Position numbers and translations under genes: made by a program. From the IMG/VR virus record IMGVR_UViG_3300020578_000040, positions 1-64,000 of that record: a DNA stretch of 64,000 nt; one strand, 5' to 3'. Below the pieces are notes generated by a model. It was not told the origin of the DNA. It saw only the letters and a program-made list of their open reading frames with translations, and made no database searches. Positions 35,209 through 45,034 of the stretch are shown here, piece after piece. The DNA comes from a virus. Within the stretch, counting starts at the first letter, position 1. Each line of letters begins with the position of its first letter.

Positions 35209-35495
35209 GGGCGGATCGGTGTGATCCCCCTCTTGCGCTGCTCGGCGGCCAACTGTCGCGGTGTCAGCCCTGCCCACACCCCATGCATATCCGCAGGTGG
35301 GAACTCCAGCGCGTAGTCCAGGCACAGGTCCTTCACCGGACAATGCTTACATATCTGGCGCGCTTTGGTGATGTACGTAATGTCCTTATACTCCTTCGGG
35401 AACATAAGGTCCGTCTTACCTCGGCAGTTAGCAAGGTGAGTCCATGTGGGTCTTTGTGGGAGCATGTGGTGGCCGGTGGGGGGTGGTGGTGACAA
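35142..35495 (-). CDS. whiB: WhiB-family transcription factor (C-terminus altered by insertion)
   Basis: ANC...ICKHCPV...C; HGVWAGLTPRQ. Confidence 0.9.
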   Translation of the reverse strand: MSPPPPTGHHMLPQRPTWTHLANCRGKTDLMFPKEYKDITYITKARQICKHCPVKDLCLDYALEFPPADMHGVWAGLTPRQLAAEQRKRGITPIRPTIAQMWSSSKSIGTHSTEIGG

Positions 35496-35532
35496 ATGGG
35501 GATTGCGTGTATATCTATTTTACGTATATTCC

Positions 35533-35853
35533 CTAGTTCATTCTAATTTGTTTGATTTTCTTGATCCAAGGTTTGGGGATGGTGATCCCATGCGCTAGGT
35601 GTGAGTCGTTGATGAGCGCCACAATCGTGATGTACGTATCCGTTTCGTGCCACAGGTATCCCAATGAAACAGACTTCGCCGGGGTCTGCTGTGTGGCTTC
35701 CTCCGGCGTAGCCCAATCATTCCCACCCACCGATACGGCGTCCTCCCACAGAATCTCGACAATCGGGAGTTTGCTCTTGTTCTCCCAGATGCTTACGAGA
35801 ATCTCCTCTAGGTCTTGCTCCTTCTGGACCAGATTGCGTTTGGCGCGCTTCAT
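35533..35853 (-). CDS. conserved phage hypothetical protein (I.WEDA...SLGYL...IPK.WI)
   Basis: Recognisable motif. Confidence 0.7.
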   Translation of the reverse strand: MKRAKRNLVQKEQDLEEILVSIWENKSKLPIVEILWEDAVSVGGNDWATPEEATQQTPAKSVSLGYLWHETDTYITIVALINDSHLAHGITIPKPWIKKIKQIRMN

Positions 35854-35861
35854 CGGTTCTC

Positions 35862-36290
35862 CTATGCCAGCGGTTGATTCAGTGCGATGTATTCAGCCTT
35901 CTCTCCTTGAGAGGGGCAGAGATTGGTGATTCCTGCTAGGACGATGGCGAAGTGTTGCCGGCGATCGAAGTCGTCAGTTCCCCCCTCGTTGATGCGCTCC
36001 ACCACATCGGTGTCGCCCATTCCCTCGACCATCAACTCGCACCAGAGTTCTCCGTACCAGAGTTCGTCCTCGTCTGTGAGATTCGTGGGCCCGTCGTTGT
36101 AGTACACGACATCGTCGAAGAAGGCGAACTGTTCAGCCGTGTAGGTGACAGTCTCCTCGGGGAGGGTGATAACAACCGTTCTAGGTACGTCTGGATTTAA
36201 CGGAACTAGGGTGGTCGTCGCCGGCGTTCGCTCGATCGCGCAGGCCGTGAGGGCCAGCATGGATAATCCGAGTAATGTTTTTCTGTACAC
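35862..36290 (-). CDS. lipoprotein (DUF732-like)
   Basis: Lipobox LTAC; G...C...LCP. Confidence 0.6.
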   Translation of the reverse strand: MYRKTLLGLSMLALTACAIERTPATTTLVPLNPDVPRTVVITLPEETVTYTAEQFAFFDDVVYYNDGPTNLTDEDELWYGELWCELMVEGMGDTDVVERINEGGTDDFDRRQHFAIVLAGITNLCPSQGEKAEYIALNQPLA

Positions 36291-36305
36291 AGTTTTTCTT
36301 TCTGG

Positions 36306-37526
36306 TTAGAGGATGTGTAGGTTTCCCCACCCATCGGGATGGACCGTGAAGGAGAGTGTCCCTGGTCGGGTCTTTACTCCCTTTGCGTCGGCGTAGTAAT
36401 CTCCCACATTTGTGAGAGATGGACAAATTAACAGCGCTCGTCCTTCTTGCTCTTTTACATTGAGGTGGTGATAATGGCCAGTTACCAGGATATCTGCGTC
36501 TGCGATTCCTGGATATCCCCGGCCCATCGACTGGTCTTTCCACCAGTTCCATACGCCGTTAGCGGCGCCGCCCGCTGGTCGAGTGACGTGCCCGTGCGTC
36601 AACCCCAAAATAGTTCCGTTCAGATTTAACGAAAGGGCGACCTCATCGCGGGAGAGTCTGAATCCCACATGCCCGTAAGCATCAGGATTAACTGACAGAA
36701 TCTCGGCTACCTGCTCGAATACCGCCACATCGTCGTTGTCGTGGACTGATGTGATGTTCTTACCGTTTTGCCGGTTCTCCCCGTGGTTCCCTGGCACCGC
36801 GGCGACCAGCACCTTTTCGGCGTGGGGGGCCACACTCATGATGATGTCGCGCACACCCCGGCGAACCAGTTTGATCTGGTCGCGTCGGTCGAGTTGTACC
36901 CGGAATTGCTGGGCCGCGTAGTGCCCGCAGGTTCCCTCTACGAGGTCTCCAAGTCCAAGAATCGCCACTTGCCCGATGTCGCATCCAATACGACGTAAAT
37001 CAGCGAGGCGCTGGGGCACGGACGATACGAGATCAGCAATTCGTCGGGCCTGCTCTTCGATGCCTCCACCGTCGCAGTTGCCGATCTGCCAATCTGACAA
37101 AGCAACGACAAAAGTGCCTGCCCCGGTTGGGGCTGGTTTGGCCGGCTTCTTGGCCTTACGAACCTCGCGATATACATCCTCGGGGATGACCCCGCCCGCT
37201 GATACCTTGCGGCGAATCTGAGCCTTAAACGAGTACAGAATGGCGCTATACGCTGACTCGCCCGGCGCATCTCGTTTCCAGCCGTCATACGAACACCAGC
37301 GAAGAGTGTCGCCAACGACTTCGAAAAGGTCGGGATCGAGGCCTCGGGCCCGGAGGATATCGTCCCACTCCGAGGGAGGGGAGTCGAGGGGGTCAGTTGT
37401 GATCTCTCCCGTGCTCCCGTCCCATACGACGCCAGGCTGCCAGCCCGCTGGGTACTGCTTGTCCTTGCGTCCATCCGGTTCTTCATCGCGTCCCTCTAGT
37501 GCGGCTAGCCTGTCGTGCAAACTCAT
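36306..37526 (-). CDS. calcineurin-like metallophosphoesterase / exonuclease
   Basis: SDWQIG, GDLVEG, PGNHGE, THGH, GHYHH. Confidence 0.85.
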   Translation of the reverse strand: MSLHDRLAALEGRDEEPDGRKDKQYPAGWQPGVVWDGSTGEITTDPLDSPPSEWDDILRARGLDPDLFEVVGDTLRWCSYDGWKRDAPGESAYSAILYSFKAQIRRKVSAGGVIPEDVYREVRKAKKPAKPAPTGAGTFVVALSDWQIGNCDGGGIEEQARRIADLVSSVPQRLADLRRIGCDIGQVAILGLGDLVEGTCGHYAAQQFRVQLDRRDQIKLVRRGVRDIIMSVAPHAEKVLVAAVPGNHGENRQNGKNITSVHDNDDVAVFEQVAEILSVNPDAYGHVGFRLSRDEVALSLNLNGTILGLTHGHVTRPAGGAANGVWNWWKDQSMGRGYPGIADADILVTGHYHHLNVKEQEGRALLICPSLTNVGDYYADAKGVKTRPGTLSFTVHPDGWGNLHIL

Positions 37527-37765
37527 TGGTTCTCCTTGCAAGCGCACCATCCACTACGGTGTGCGGTTAGTGATTCCCTGGCGATGCGGAATCCGGCGCC
37601 TCTCAGTTCCAAATGGATTTGTCTGATTGAGGCGCGCCCGGCGAGCAAACGCTTGAGAAGTTCGGCGGTCTGCTCATCCATCGAGTCGAGGATTCGCTTG
37701 ACCGGACATACGTTCGGTTTACCGACACGTTCTTCGATGGCCTGAAGCCTGTCGTGCAAAGACAT
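37523..37765 (-). CDS. small HTH-like protein
   Basis: C.V...HRSGWCAC; typical partner upstream of the phosphoesterase. Confidence 0.7.
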   Translation of the reverse strand: MSLHDRLQAIEERVGKPNVCPVKRILDSMDEQTAELLKRLLAGRASIRQIHLELRGAGFRIARESLTAHRSGWCACKENQ

Positions 37766-37828
37766 ATTTCCCCTCACTGTGCGGAAACTGGCCGCGTCCA
37801 CGGTCGTCTCCATTATAGTCTATGAACT

Positions 37829-38266
37829 ATGAGTGACGCTGTCCAGCAAGACCCTAACAATGAAAGCAACACAGGAAAGCGCGATCATGTTTTGCGCAAC
37901 TCTATTGAAATTGCTGTTAGCGGAGTCGGCTCGCCGGAAGAGATCGCCGAAAGAATGTTGCGGTTGCTCGATGAGCGCAAACTGATTCAGTATGCGCCTA
38001 AGGAAACCCTGGCCCTGCTATCCGCCGCCGGTCGAGTGTTGCTCTGCCTGATCGAGAATCCTGGCTCAACGATCCGCGAAATCTCTGTTCGTCTGGGGAT
38101 CACCGAAGCAAACGTCGGGAAAAGCATCGCTACGCTGGCAGAACATAAGATCATAGCAAGAACAAAAGTTAAGAACAAATACACCTACAATTTCAACGTC
38201 GAGGTCATGCTGAATCACCCTGATATACGCAGGTTCTACGAGGCGATTTCGCCCTTCTTCAAGTAG
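37829..38266 (+). CDS. MarR-like winged-helix regulator
   Basis: NPGSTIREISVRLGITEANVGKSIATL. Confidence 0.75.
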   Translation: MSDAVQQDPNNESNTGKRDHVLRNSIEIAVSGVGSPEEIAERMLRLLDERKLIQYAPKETLALLSAAGRVLLCLIENPGSTIREISVRLGITEANVGKSIATLAEHKIIARTKVKNKYTYNFNVEVMLNHPDIRRFYEAISPFFK

Positions 38267-38279
38267 ACCGATTGGCGCC

Positions 38280-38660
38280 ATGGGTGATTACGTGCGTATG
38301 CTGAGCGGTATGAACACAGATTTTCATAACCATTCTCGCGATATCATCCCCAGCGGCCTCACCCCGCCCAAGCCATACCAGCCCAGGAACCTGACGGACC
38401 GCCTGACGCCGGCCGCTCAGATGTATCGGGACGAGACCATCAGCGAGAACCAGCACGTCATTCAGCATGTCATGAGCCAGATTGCGTCGGTGATGGAGAA
38501 CTTCGAGCATTTAGTCAATGAGCGCTACGAGTTGGACATGTTGCTGATGAAGTCCTGCGACATCATTGGGGAACTGCTACACGCCGTCAAGACTGGCGTT
38601 TCCGTGAGCGAGGACAAGGTCACCGCCGCCCAAGATTACCTGGAGATTTTTGGGTACTGA
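38280..38660 (+). CDS. hypothetical protein
   Basis: ORF. Confidence 0.55.
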   Translation: MGDYVRMLSGMNTDFHNHSRDIIPSGLTPPKPYQPRNLTDRLTPAAQMYRDETISENQHVIQHVMSQIASVMENFEHLVNERYELDMLLMKSCDIIGELLHAVKTGVSVSEDKVTAAQDYLEIFGY

Positions 38661-38686
38661 CAGCCACTGAGTTGTATGCTTGATGC

Positions 38687-39199
38687 ATGCCACAAGGACC
38701 AGGCAATCGCCCATGTTTTGGCTCCGAAAAGACCTGCGCTGATTGTGATGGCACCCCTCAGAATTGTTCGCTGAACTTTTGCACTGATCTGGGCATTCCC
38801 CCGGACATGGTGCCCAAGGTTGGGGAAACCGACAAGGTACATCTGAACCATGTTCAGGTTCTATCTGAATGGTTCCGTCAGCAGTATGGGTACACCAGTA
38901 AGAGCGAGTTGCTCCAACAGATTCCTGACATCACTCTCAGCAGCAAAAAAACCACTCGTAATGATTACAGGGCTTTTCTCACTGAATGTGCATGGCAAAT
39001 CGCTCATCTGGAGTTCATCATCCAGCGGATGTCGGAAGACTTTGCCGATCTCAGTATTCTGGCCGAGCGGATGGGGGATGCCCTGATGTCTGTGCAAATG
39101 ACATCGCGCACCGAGGTTACAAACGCCCTTGCCGAGTGGACTGCCTTCCGCGAGTGGCTGTACGATGATCAAGGTGACGACGATCAAGACGAAGATTAA
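38687..39199 (+). CDS. hypothetical protein
   Basis: ORF. Confidence 0.55.
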   Translation: MPQGPGNRPCFGSEKTCADCDGTPQNCSLNFCTDLGIPPDMVPKVGETDKVHLNHVQVLSEWFRQQYGYTSKSELLQQIPDITLSSKKTTRNDYRAFLTECAWQIAHLEFIIQRMSEDFADLSILAERMGDALMSVQMTSRTEVTNALAEWTAFREWLYDDQGDDDQDED

Positions 39200-39467
39200 G
39201 CGCCCCAATCGAACCAAGATTGCCTACGGGTCGCGCAACCACACTTGTTTGATCTTTGCGCAGGTCATGCGCTTCGGGACATTCACGCCGGCCCAAGCCT
39301 GGAATTGTTTTCCGGAGTTGAAGAAGGACACCTACGAGACCCGGCGCTCGCTACAGAACCTGGTACGTCTGGGCCTCATTACTGAAACTGGCGACGAGGT
39401 ATACAAGATCACTGCGCTGGGCCGGAACACCCTGCAGGATGTAGCCGCTACTAAGCGCAAACTGTAG
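39165..39467 (+). CDS. winged-helix-like protein
   Basis: LQNLVRLGLI....YKITALG. Confidence 0.55.
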   Translation: MIKVTTIKTKIKRPNRTKIAYGSRNHTCLIFAQVMRFGTFTPAQAWNCFPELKKDTYETRRSLQNLVRLGLITETGDEVYKITALGRNTLQDVAATKRKL

Positions 39468-39471
39468 CCCG

Positions 39472-39804
39472 CTAACCCTGAGTTGCCCTCCATGAGGCGT
39501 ACATGTCGTCCGTGACAGGGATGACCCACACCTGGCATTCGTCAATGTGTTTGAGGGAGCCCTGAACCGACCAGGCGATTCCTAGTTCTTCCTGTGGCGC
39601 ACAACTACCGACATTGCAGTCGAGGCCATAGTTGTTCAGGAAGTAGGTAACGATGCACCCGCCGGCGTCCTCGTGGAAGCAGTCACTGTCTGGCGCCCCA
39701 TTTGCGGGACAGTAAACCATGGTGATGTTCAGGTCTGCACCTGACAGTGTTAAATGTAGTACGTGGCCGTCGTCGTGCCACAGGTATTCGAGTTCACCGG
39801 CCAT
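39472..39804 (-). CDS. hypothetical protein
   Basis: ORF. Confidence 0.6.
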   Translation of the reverse strand: MAGELEYLWHDDGHVLHLTLSGADLNITMVYCPANGAPDSDCFHEDAGGCIVTYFLNNYGLDCNVGSCAPQEELGIAWSVQGSLKHIDECQVWVIPVTDDMYASWRATQG

Positions 39805-39813
39805 ACCGGAATA

Positions 39814-40200
39814 CTACTTGGTATCGAACCAGCCGCCGCGAGCCTCGCCGTTGTATTTGCGGGCCAGGCCGGCGTCGATGATGTCCTCATTTAGGCAAGC
39901 GGTCTTTTTCTCGTCAGAGTAAATCTCTGCCAGAATGCGTCCGAACTTTTCCTTCTTATCTTTGACAGTCTTTACAAATACAGTGGGATGTCGGACTGTC
40001 CAGTCTTTGGTGTACGCCTTAGCCTGAAGGCCTAGTTCTTTCTCAGCCTTATTGCTTGTTCTGGATTCTGGGGTGTTGATTCCGTGTAAGCGCACCCGCA
40101 CCTGAAAGTGAACGTCGAATCCAAGGTCAACACTCAGGTCGAGGGTATCCCCATCGATGACGTCGAGAACTTTTGCGCTGTAAAAGAATCTATCCGACAT
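39814..40200 (-). CDS. thermonuclease (SNase-like)
   Basis: VIDGDT, RVRLHGINTPE, KFGRILA. Confidence 0.9.
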   Translation of the reverse strand: MSDRFFYSAKVLDVIDGDTLDLSVDLGFDVHFQVRVRLHGINTPESRTSNKAEKELGLQAKAYTKDWTVRHPTVFVKTVKDKKEKFGRILAEIYSDEKKTACLNEDIIDAGLARKYNGEARGGWFDTK

Positions 40201-40204
40201 TAGG

Positions 40205-41020
40205 TCAGCCGAACATCTTCTTCCAGGTCACCGGCCCAACAATACCGTCATCCTTGAGGCCGTTCGCTCGCTGCCAAGCCTTCAGGGCCTCGGCCGACTT
40301 GGGGCCGAAATCTCCGTCTGGCTTAGCGCCGATGATGGCTTGAACCAGTTTGGCGGCATCGCCCTTGGAGCCCTGCTTGACGGGGGTTCCGGGGTAGTCA
40401 AACCTCATACCCCCGCCGCCACCGGCAGGAGCAGCAGCAGCAGCAGCGGCGGGAGCAGGTGCGGCAGAGCCGTCGGGCGAAGCATCACCGAGCGCGTACT
40501 GCCAGTGCCAAGCCTCAAATTCCTTTGAGTTGCGGTCAGCGGTCTGGAGGTAGAAGCCGTACTTGGGAGCGTTGGCACACATCCAGTCGAAGCATGCGCC
40601 GCCCATCCCGGTCAGTTTCCCACCAACGTCGTAGCCGAGGTCGATGGCCAGGCCCCATCCATGGTTCGAGCCCTTCACCCCGGTGGGGTCTGGAGCCGCC
40701 GAAGGAGCCTTGCCCGGCTTGAGGTACCAGGTTTTCCCCTCATACTGACGGGTAACCTGAGGCTTGCGTCCTTGGTCAGTTGTGGTGTAGCGGTCCATGA
40801 ACATCTTCAACTGCCCATCGAACGAACGGTAGTCACCGACATTCTTCAGTTTGAAGCCGGCAGCCATCGCTGCGTCGTACATCTTGTCGAACTGAGCGGC
40901 CACAGGGGCATACATCAGTCCACCGGTCTTGATCTTGGCTAGCAAGTTTTGGGGCAACTGCCCGTTCTTGTGGGCCTTGAGCGCGGTAGGGACAACGAGT
41001 TTTACGAAGGGCAGGTTCAT
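40205..41020 (-). CDS. endolysin: M15B (VanY-like) peptidase + peptidoglycan-binding domain
   Basis: YRS, SNHGWGLAID, EAWHW; DGDFGP...DGIVGPVTW. Confidence 0.9.
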   Translation of the reverse strand: MNLPFVKLVVPTALKAHKNGQLPQNLLAKIKTGGLMYAPVAAQFDKMYDAAMAAGFKLKNVGDYRSFDGQLKMFMDRYTTTDQGRKPQVTRQYEGKTWYLKPGKAPSAAPDPTGVKGSNHGWGLAIDLGYDVGGKLTGMGGACFDWMCANAPKYGFYLQTADRNSKEFEAWHWQYALGDASPDGSAAPAPAAAAAAAPAGGGGGMRFDYPGTPVKQGSKGDAAKLVQAIIGAKPDGDFGPKSAEALKAWQRANGLKDDGIVGPVTWKKMFG

Positions 41021-41022
41021 GA

Positions 41023-41226
41023 TTACTCCTCTGAGGTCTCCTCCATTGTACTATTTTCCTCCTTCTCCCCGGTGAAGGCCACGCTCAGGATGTGAACAGC
41101 CAGGGCCGCGACAGAAATCCAAAACGCCTGAGCCTGAACCTTTCCCGAGAGAGTGATGATGACGACGGCCGTTCCTGCGAGGGTCCACGAGAGAGCGCCG
41201 GCTTCTGAGAGCAATTTCTTCAACAT
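41023..41226 (-). CDS. putative holin (2 TM)
   Basis: Two TM helices immediately upstream of endolysin. Confidence 0.55.
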   Translation of the reverse strand: MLKKLLSEAGALSWTLAGTAVVIITLSGKVQAQAFWISVAALAVHILSVAFTGEKEENSTMEETSEE

Positions 41227-41347
41227 TTATTTTTCCTTCCGTGTCCGTGCGATTCGTACAATTACTACACCTAATAGCCCCAATAGTGCTGCGACCACTA
41301 CGGTTCCTGTGTCGCCGCCATGACAATCCCGTATTTGATGAGTTTCA

Positions 41348-43258
41348 TTACCTTCTCCTTGAAGAAACTGTTATTGGGGCCGCTGCGATGATTGCTCCAG
41401 CAGCGACAACTACTCGACGTTCCCCTACCGAAATCACAGAGTTGGCAGGGACATAGGTATCGAACTGACCACCAAAGACGTTGATTTCTTCTTCGAAGGC
41501 TTCCTTCACTTCTGCCGGCGCTTCGGATAGGGCGGCCGCGAGAACCTCAGCCTGCTCGTCGGTTAGTTCGGCGGAGGCGATTTCTGTGATTAGCGCGTCC
41601 ACCTGCTCGGTGCTTAGTTCGGACAGAACTTCCTCAGAAAAGATGGCGGCGATTGCCTCAACTGATGTCGACGAGATGTCGAGTTCCTCGATGAGTTCAG
41701 CCAACTGTTCTGGCTCAAGGTCCAGGATTTCTTCAATAATTGCTTCGCTCGACCCTGACTCAAGGGGCGGTTCTGGGACCGCGGTTGTAGTCGGTTGATT
41801 AGTTGTCGGCGGAATCGTCGTCGTCGGCGGAACCGTCGTCGATGTTGTAGTTGTAGTGGGAGGGAGCGTCGTTACAGGGACAGTCGTTGCGGGGACAGTA
41901 GTAGTAGTCGTTGTCGCTGGAACTGTGGATGTTGTTGTAGGAACCCATGTCGTCGTCGTTTCTGGAACAGTCGTTTCCGGGATCGTAGTCGTAGTTGTCG
42001 TGGTTGTAGTGCTAGTAGTTGTAGTTGTTGTAGTGGGCGGAGTGGGGTCAATCACCACAGTGTCAATAGTGGTTTCGGGTCCGTACATACAAGACCCTTC
42101 GCCCTCTCCGACACATGGCGCTGTCCCTGCCTGAATCTTGAATCTCACTGGTCCGTATCCAGTTGTTCCAGGCCACATCCACGGACCGAGACTGTATGAA
42201 GTGTTCGTGGCGTATGTCCATATTCCCCAACCACCAGTTTCCGCTTCGTCAACGAGGTCAACAAACGAAATGTTGTACATGTATGGAGCAGTGTTGCCTG
42301 CTGTTGGGGCATCCCAATTTAGAACAACATTTCCATCGGTGTCCGCTACTGCGGTGAGATTTTGAACAGGGTTAAAGTATGGGGCTATCGTTGTGGTTGT
42401 AGTGGGGGAAGAAGAATACTGAGTAACAATGGCTAGCCGCTTTCCGATGCCGGGACATGGGTCGCCAAAGATGTGGTTGAACGCCCCAATTTCGAGGGTT
42501 GCCTGTCCAAGGTATTGGCTGAGTTGCTCTTCGCTTAGGGTTGCGTGGCACCCAGGGTTGATGGTGTATTGCCCGTTCTCCCCGTCTGGAAGGCCGTAGG
42601 AAATGAAACTGATTCCGGTGAATGTTGATCCTTCTGGGGCAGTCAAAAGGACTGACTGGTTCTCCCAGACCTTCTGCCAAACAGAGTTTTCTGGGATTGC
42701 TGGTACGGTTGGTTCGCCAATCAGGGAGGCATTCTTGATCGATGGCCCGTAACAGCCGGCCCAAAAGAGACCATCCTTCCCACTGAAGGTGACAGTCACT
42801 AATTCATTTGGTGATGTAGTCGTGATAGAGAGCGTCTGGTTCTGAGGGGGCATTGACGCTGTGGATACTCCAGTGCTTTGCACTTCGTCGCTATCTGCCA
42901 GGGTCGCCTGGTATGTCCCGCCCCAGACTCCGGCCACCGTGTAGGAGAGGGTTAGGCTCGATGGCTCAGGAACTACGATTTGTTGATTGACCGAGCCTTG
43001 GACATAACTGAAGAACAGTCCGTTCTGACCATCCCACCCGCCAACAGCGGGCATACCATTCGAGCATGAGGCTCCGCCGGTCGGGCCACTCCACCCACCC
43101 TGATCAAGAACAAATGATCCGTTCGATAAGTATTGACTGGAGGCGATGACCGACGTGGCCGGTGCAAAGAAGGCCAGCACTGACACTGGAATAAAGATAA
43201 AAGCCCTAGTTAGGCGCAGCAATCCCCTCACCACACACCCCAAGAAAAAGTGTACCAC
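41348..43258 (-). CDS. secreted/surface protein with SUEL-type lectin, FN3-like domain and Thr-rich stalk
   Basis: Signal peptide; SYG.P.G...CHA...FGDPCPG..KRL; poly-Thr; acidic C-terminus. Confidence 0.7.
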   Translation of the reverse strand: MVHFFLGCVVRGLLRLTRAFIFIPVSVLAFFAPATSVIASSQYLSNGSFVLDQGGWSGPTGGASCSNGMPAVGGWDGQNGLFFSYVQGSVNQQIVVPEPSSLTLSYTVAGVWGGTYQATLADSDEVQSTGVSTASMPPQNQTLSITTTSPNELVTVTFSGKDGLFWAGCYGPSIKNASLIGEPTVPAIPENSVWQKVWENQSVLLTAPEGSTFTGISFISYGLPDGENGQYTINPGCHATLSEEQLSQYLGQATLEIGAFNHIFGDPCPGIGKRLAIVTQYSSSPTTTTTIAPYFNPVQNLTAVADTDGNVVLNWDAPTAGNTAPYMYNISFVDLVDEAETGGWGIWTYATNTSYSLGPWMWPGTTGYGPVRFKIQAGTAPCVGEGEGSCMYGPETTIDTVVIDPTPPTTTTTTTSTTTTTTTTTIPETTVPETTTTWVPTTTSTVPATTTTTTVPATTVPVTTLPPTTTTTSTTVPPTTTIPPTTNQPTTTAVPEPPLESGSSEAIIEEILDLEPEQLAELIEELDISSTSVEAIAAIFSEEVLSELSTEQVDALITEIASAELTDEQAEVLAAALSEAPAEVKEAFEEEINVFGGQFDTYVPANSVISVGERRVVVAAGAIIAAAPITVSSRRR

Positions 43259-43308
43259 TAATGGGTATACTTAAATGGGAGGTAGTTTTTATGGAGGAGT
43301 GATGGTTG

Positions 43309-44103
43309 TCAGGCTTCTGCGTAAAGCCCCAACTCCTCAAGCCGAGCAGTAATTTGACTTTCGTACTTTGAGGCAATCCCGGCAACTAACACCTGGATAA
43401 GGTCATTGCGCTGGCGCTGGGCGGTGCCTGGCCCAATGTGTTGCTTGTACAACAATTGCGGGATGTGGTGCATGCGGGTCTTGAGAAACGTGCGAACGAT
43501 CAGTTCGTAATCATCGGCTACGGGATAGGACGGATCATGCCCGTTTAGTTCTCGATACACATCAGCCCGCCAAGCCCGCACATGATTGGGGGCGGAAACA
43601 ATGTGCCGGATGGTTGCGTTGTTGATGGCCGGCGCGCTCATCACCCATACGCCATGAGCGTCCGACCAATACTCCGAACCATAGCCGAACGCCCAGCCTT
43701 CTGGATAAATACCAGATTCCCCGGAGGACAGAATTTCGCACCAGTCTGAATACACAAAGCCGACATCGCTATTATCAGAAAACGCAGAACTGATAATAGC
43801 GAGGGCGTCTGGTGTCAGTTCATCGTCGTGGTCAAGTTCAACGAGAATGTCGCCTTTAGCAACCATAAAACCTTTTCTTTTTACGTCGCCGATTGAGCCT
43901 GAGTGAACGTGGGAGCGATGCATCTGGATTTTGTATCTCTCATCAGCGCAAAATCCGTATAGTTGTCTCCAGGTTTCGTTGTCGGTTGAGTCATCCCAGA
44001 TAACCCACTCCCAGTCTGTGAATGTTTGTGATTTTAGGGAAGCCCAAGTGCGGGCAAGAATTTCCTGGGGGGTGTTATGTGTGGGCGTAATGACGGAAAT
44101 CAT
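43309..44103 (-). CDS. glycosyltransferase family 2
   Basis: ISVITPTHN, WDDS, ELDHDD, DDYEL. Confidence 0.9.
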   Translation of the reverse strand: MISVITPTHNTPQEILARTWASLKSQTFTDWEWVIWDDSTDNETWRQLYGFCADERYKIQMHRSHVHSGSIGDVKRKGFMVAKGDILVELDHDDELTPDALAIISSAFSDNSDVGFVYSDWCEILSSGESGIYPEGWAFGYGSEYWSDAHGVWVMSAPAINNATIRHIVSAPNHVRAWRADVYRELNGHDPSYPVADDYELIVRTFLKTRMHHIPQLLYKQHIGPGTAQRQRNDLIQVLVAGIASKYESQITARLEELGLYAEA

Positions 44104-44396
44104 AAGAAGTGTTTCAGGATTGCTGATGTTGCCAGCCCAATCCAAGCAACATTAAAGAGGATAATAGTCGGGAGTGTTTTGTGGGTCGATGACCAAATAA
44201 GCGCAACACTTGAGGCGATGGCAAAAATGTATAGCCACCACCATTGGGTACCGAAAAGTAATCCTGGGAAAATGATTATTAGTTTTGTTACGAATCCCCA
44301 CGCCTCAACAATGTTGGGTCGGCTCCAATATTGTTTCTGAGACATTGCCTTGATGGCATCATGTATCTTTTTGTAAAATTCGACGATGTGATTCAT
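44100..44396 (-). CDS. small multi-TM membrane protein
   Basis: Three hydrophobic segments. Confidence 0.65.
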   Translation of the reverse strand: MNHIVEFYKKIHDAIKAMSQKQYWSRPNIVEAWGFVTKLIIIFPGLLFGTQWWWLYIFAIASSVALIWSSTHKTLPTIILFNVAWIGLATSAILKHFL

Positions 44397-45034
44397 TCTA
44401 TCGATAATCCATTTTGTCTCTCATGCTCTCGTCTGGCGCGGACAATTTCATTCAAGTGGGATGGCCCTTTGGTGAAGTACCAATGTTCTGGTTCAGCAAA
44501 ATGAAAGAAAATCATCTGCACTTGATTATTCGCCGGGTCGGGAAACTTTTCGCGCCAGTGGTACTGGTCTTCGCCGTAATAACACACTGCTTGGTTTTGC
44601 TCAAGGTGCATCTCCTGCCCCTCAACATAGATGGGCCATTGAGTTTTATGGGAAAGACATAAATCAATCGTGTAGGTACAGGCGTTATCGTCCACATGGC
44701 GCGGAAGTCGGGCCTTGAATCCGCGATAGATAACCCACATACAGTAGGTGGGTTTTAATGTTGGGGTAAAAATGGCTCGGGCTTTATCTAATAGCACCTC
44801 ATGATATCGCTCCAATGCTTTCTTTTGGTCTGCCGCATCTAAATGGAATCTGCCCAAGAACGGCTCATAGGGAATAATCCGAGTTTCGTTGATTAGGGAC
44901 AGTTCATTATTTAATTGGGTGAATATATGCGGCTCAAAAACTTCATCAATGATGAATGCCGGAGGCCTTGTAAGCAAAGTTCGATTGGTCAATGGGTCAT
45001 AGTAGGTGCTCATTGGCCAAGGGCTTTCCGTCAT
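44393..45034 (-). CDS. 2OG-Fe(II) oxygenase
   Basis: L.RHVD..AC...HWRE...FFH. Confidence 0.8.
   Translation of the reverse strand: MTESPWPMSTYYDPLTNRTLLTRPPAFIIDEVFEPHIFTQLNNELSLINETRIIPYEPFLGRFHLDAADQKKALERYHEVLLDKARAIFTPTLKPTYCMWVIYRGFKARLPRHVDDNACTYTIDLCLSHKTQWPIYVEGQEMHLEQNQAVCYYGEDQYHWREKFPDPANNQVQMIFFHFAEPEHWYFTKGPSHLNEIVRARREHERQNGLSIE

Noticed and set aside
41800-42035. Trinucleotide-like DNA repeat
   Set aside because: Simply encodes the poly-Thr stalk
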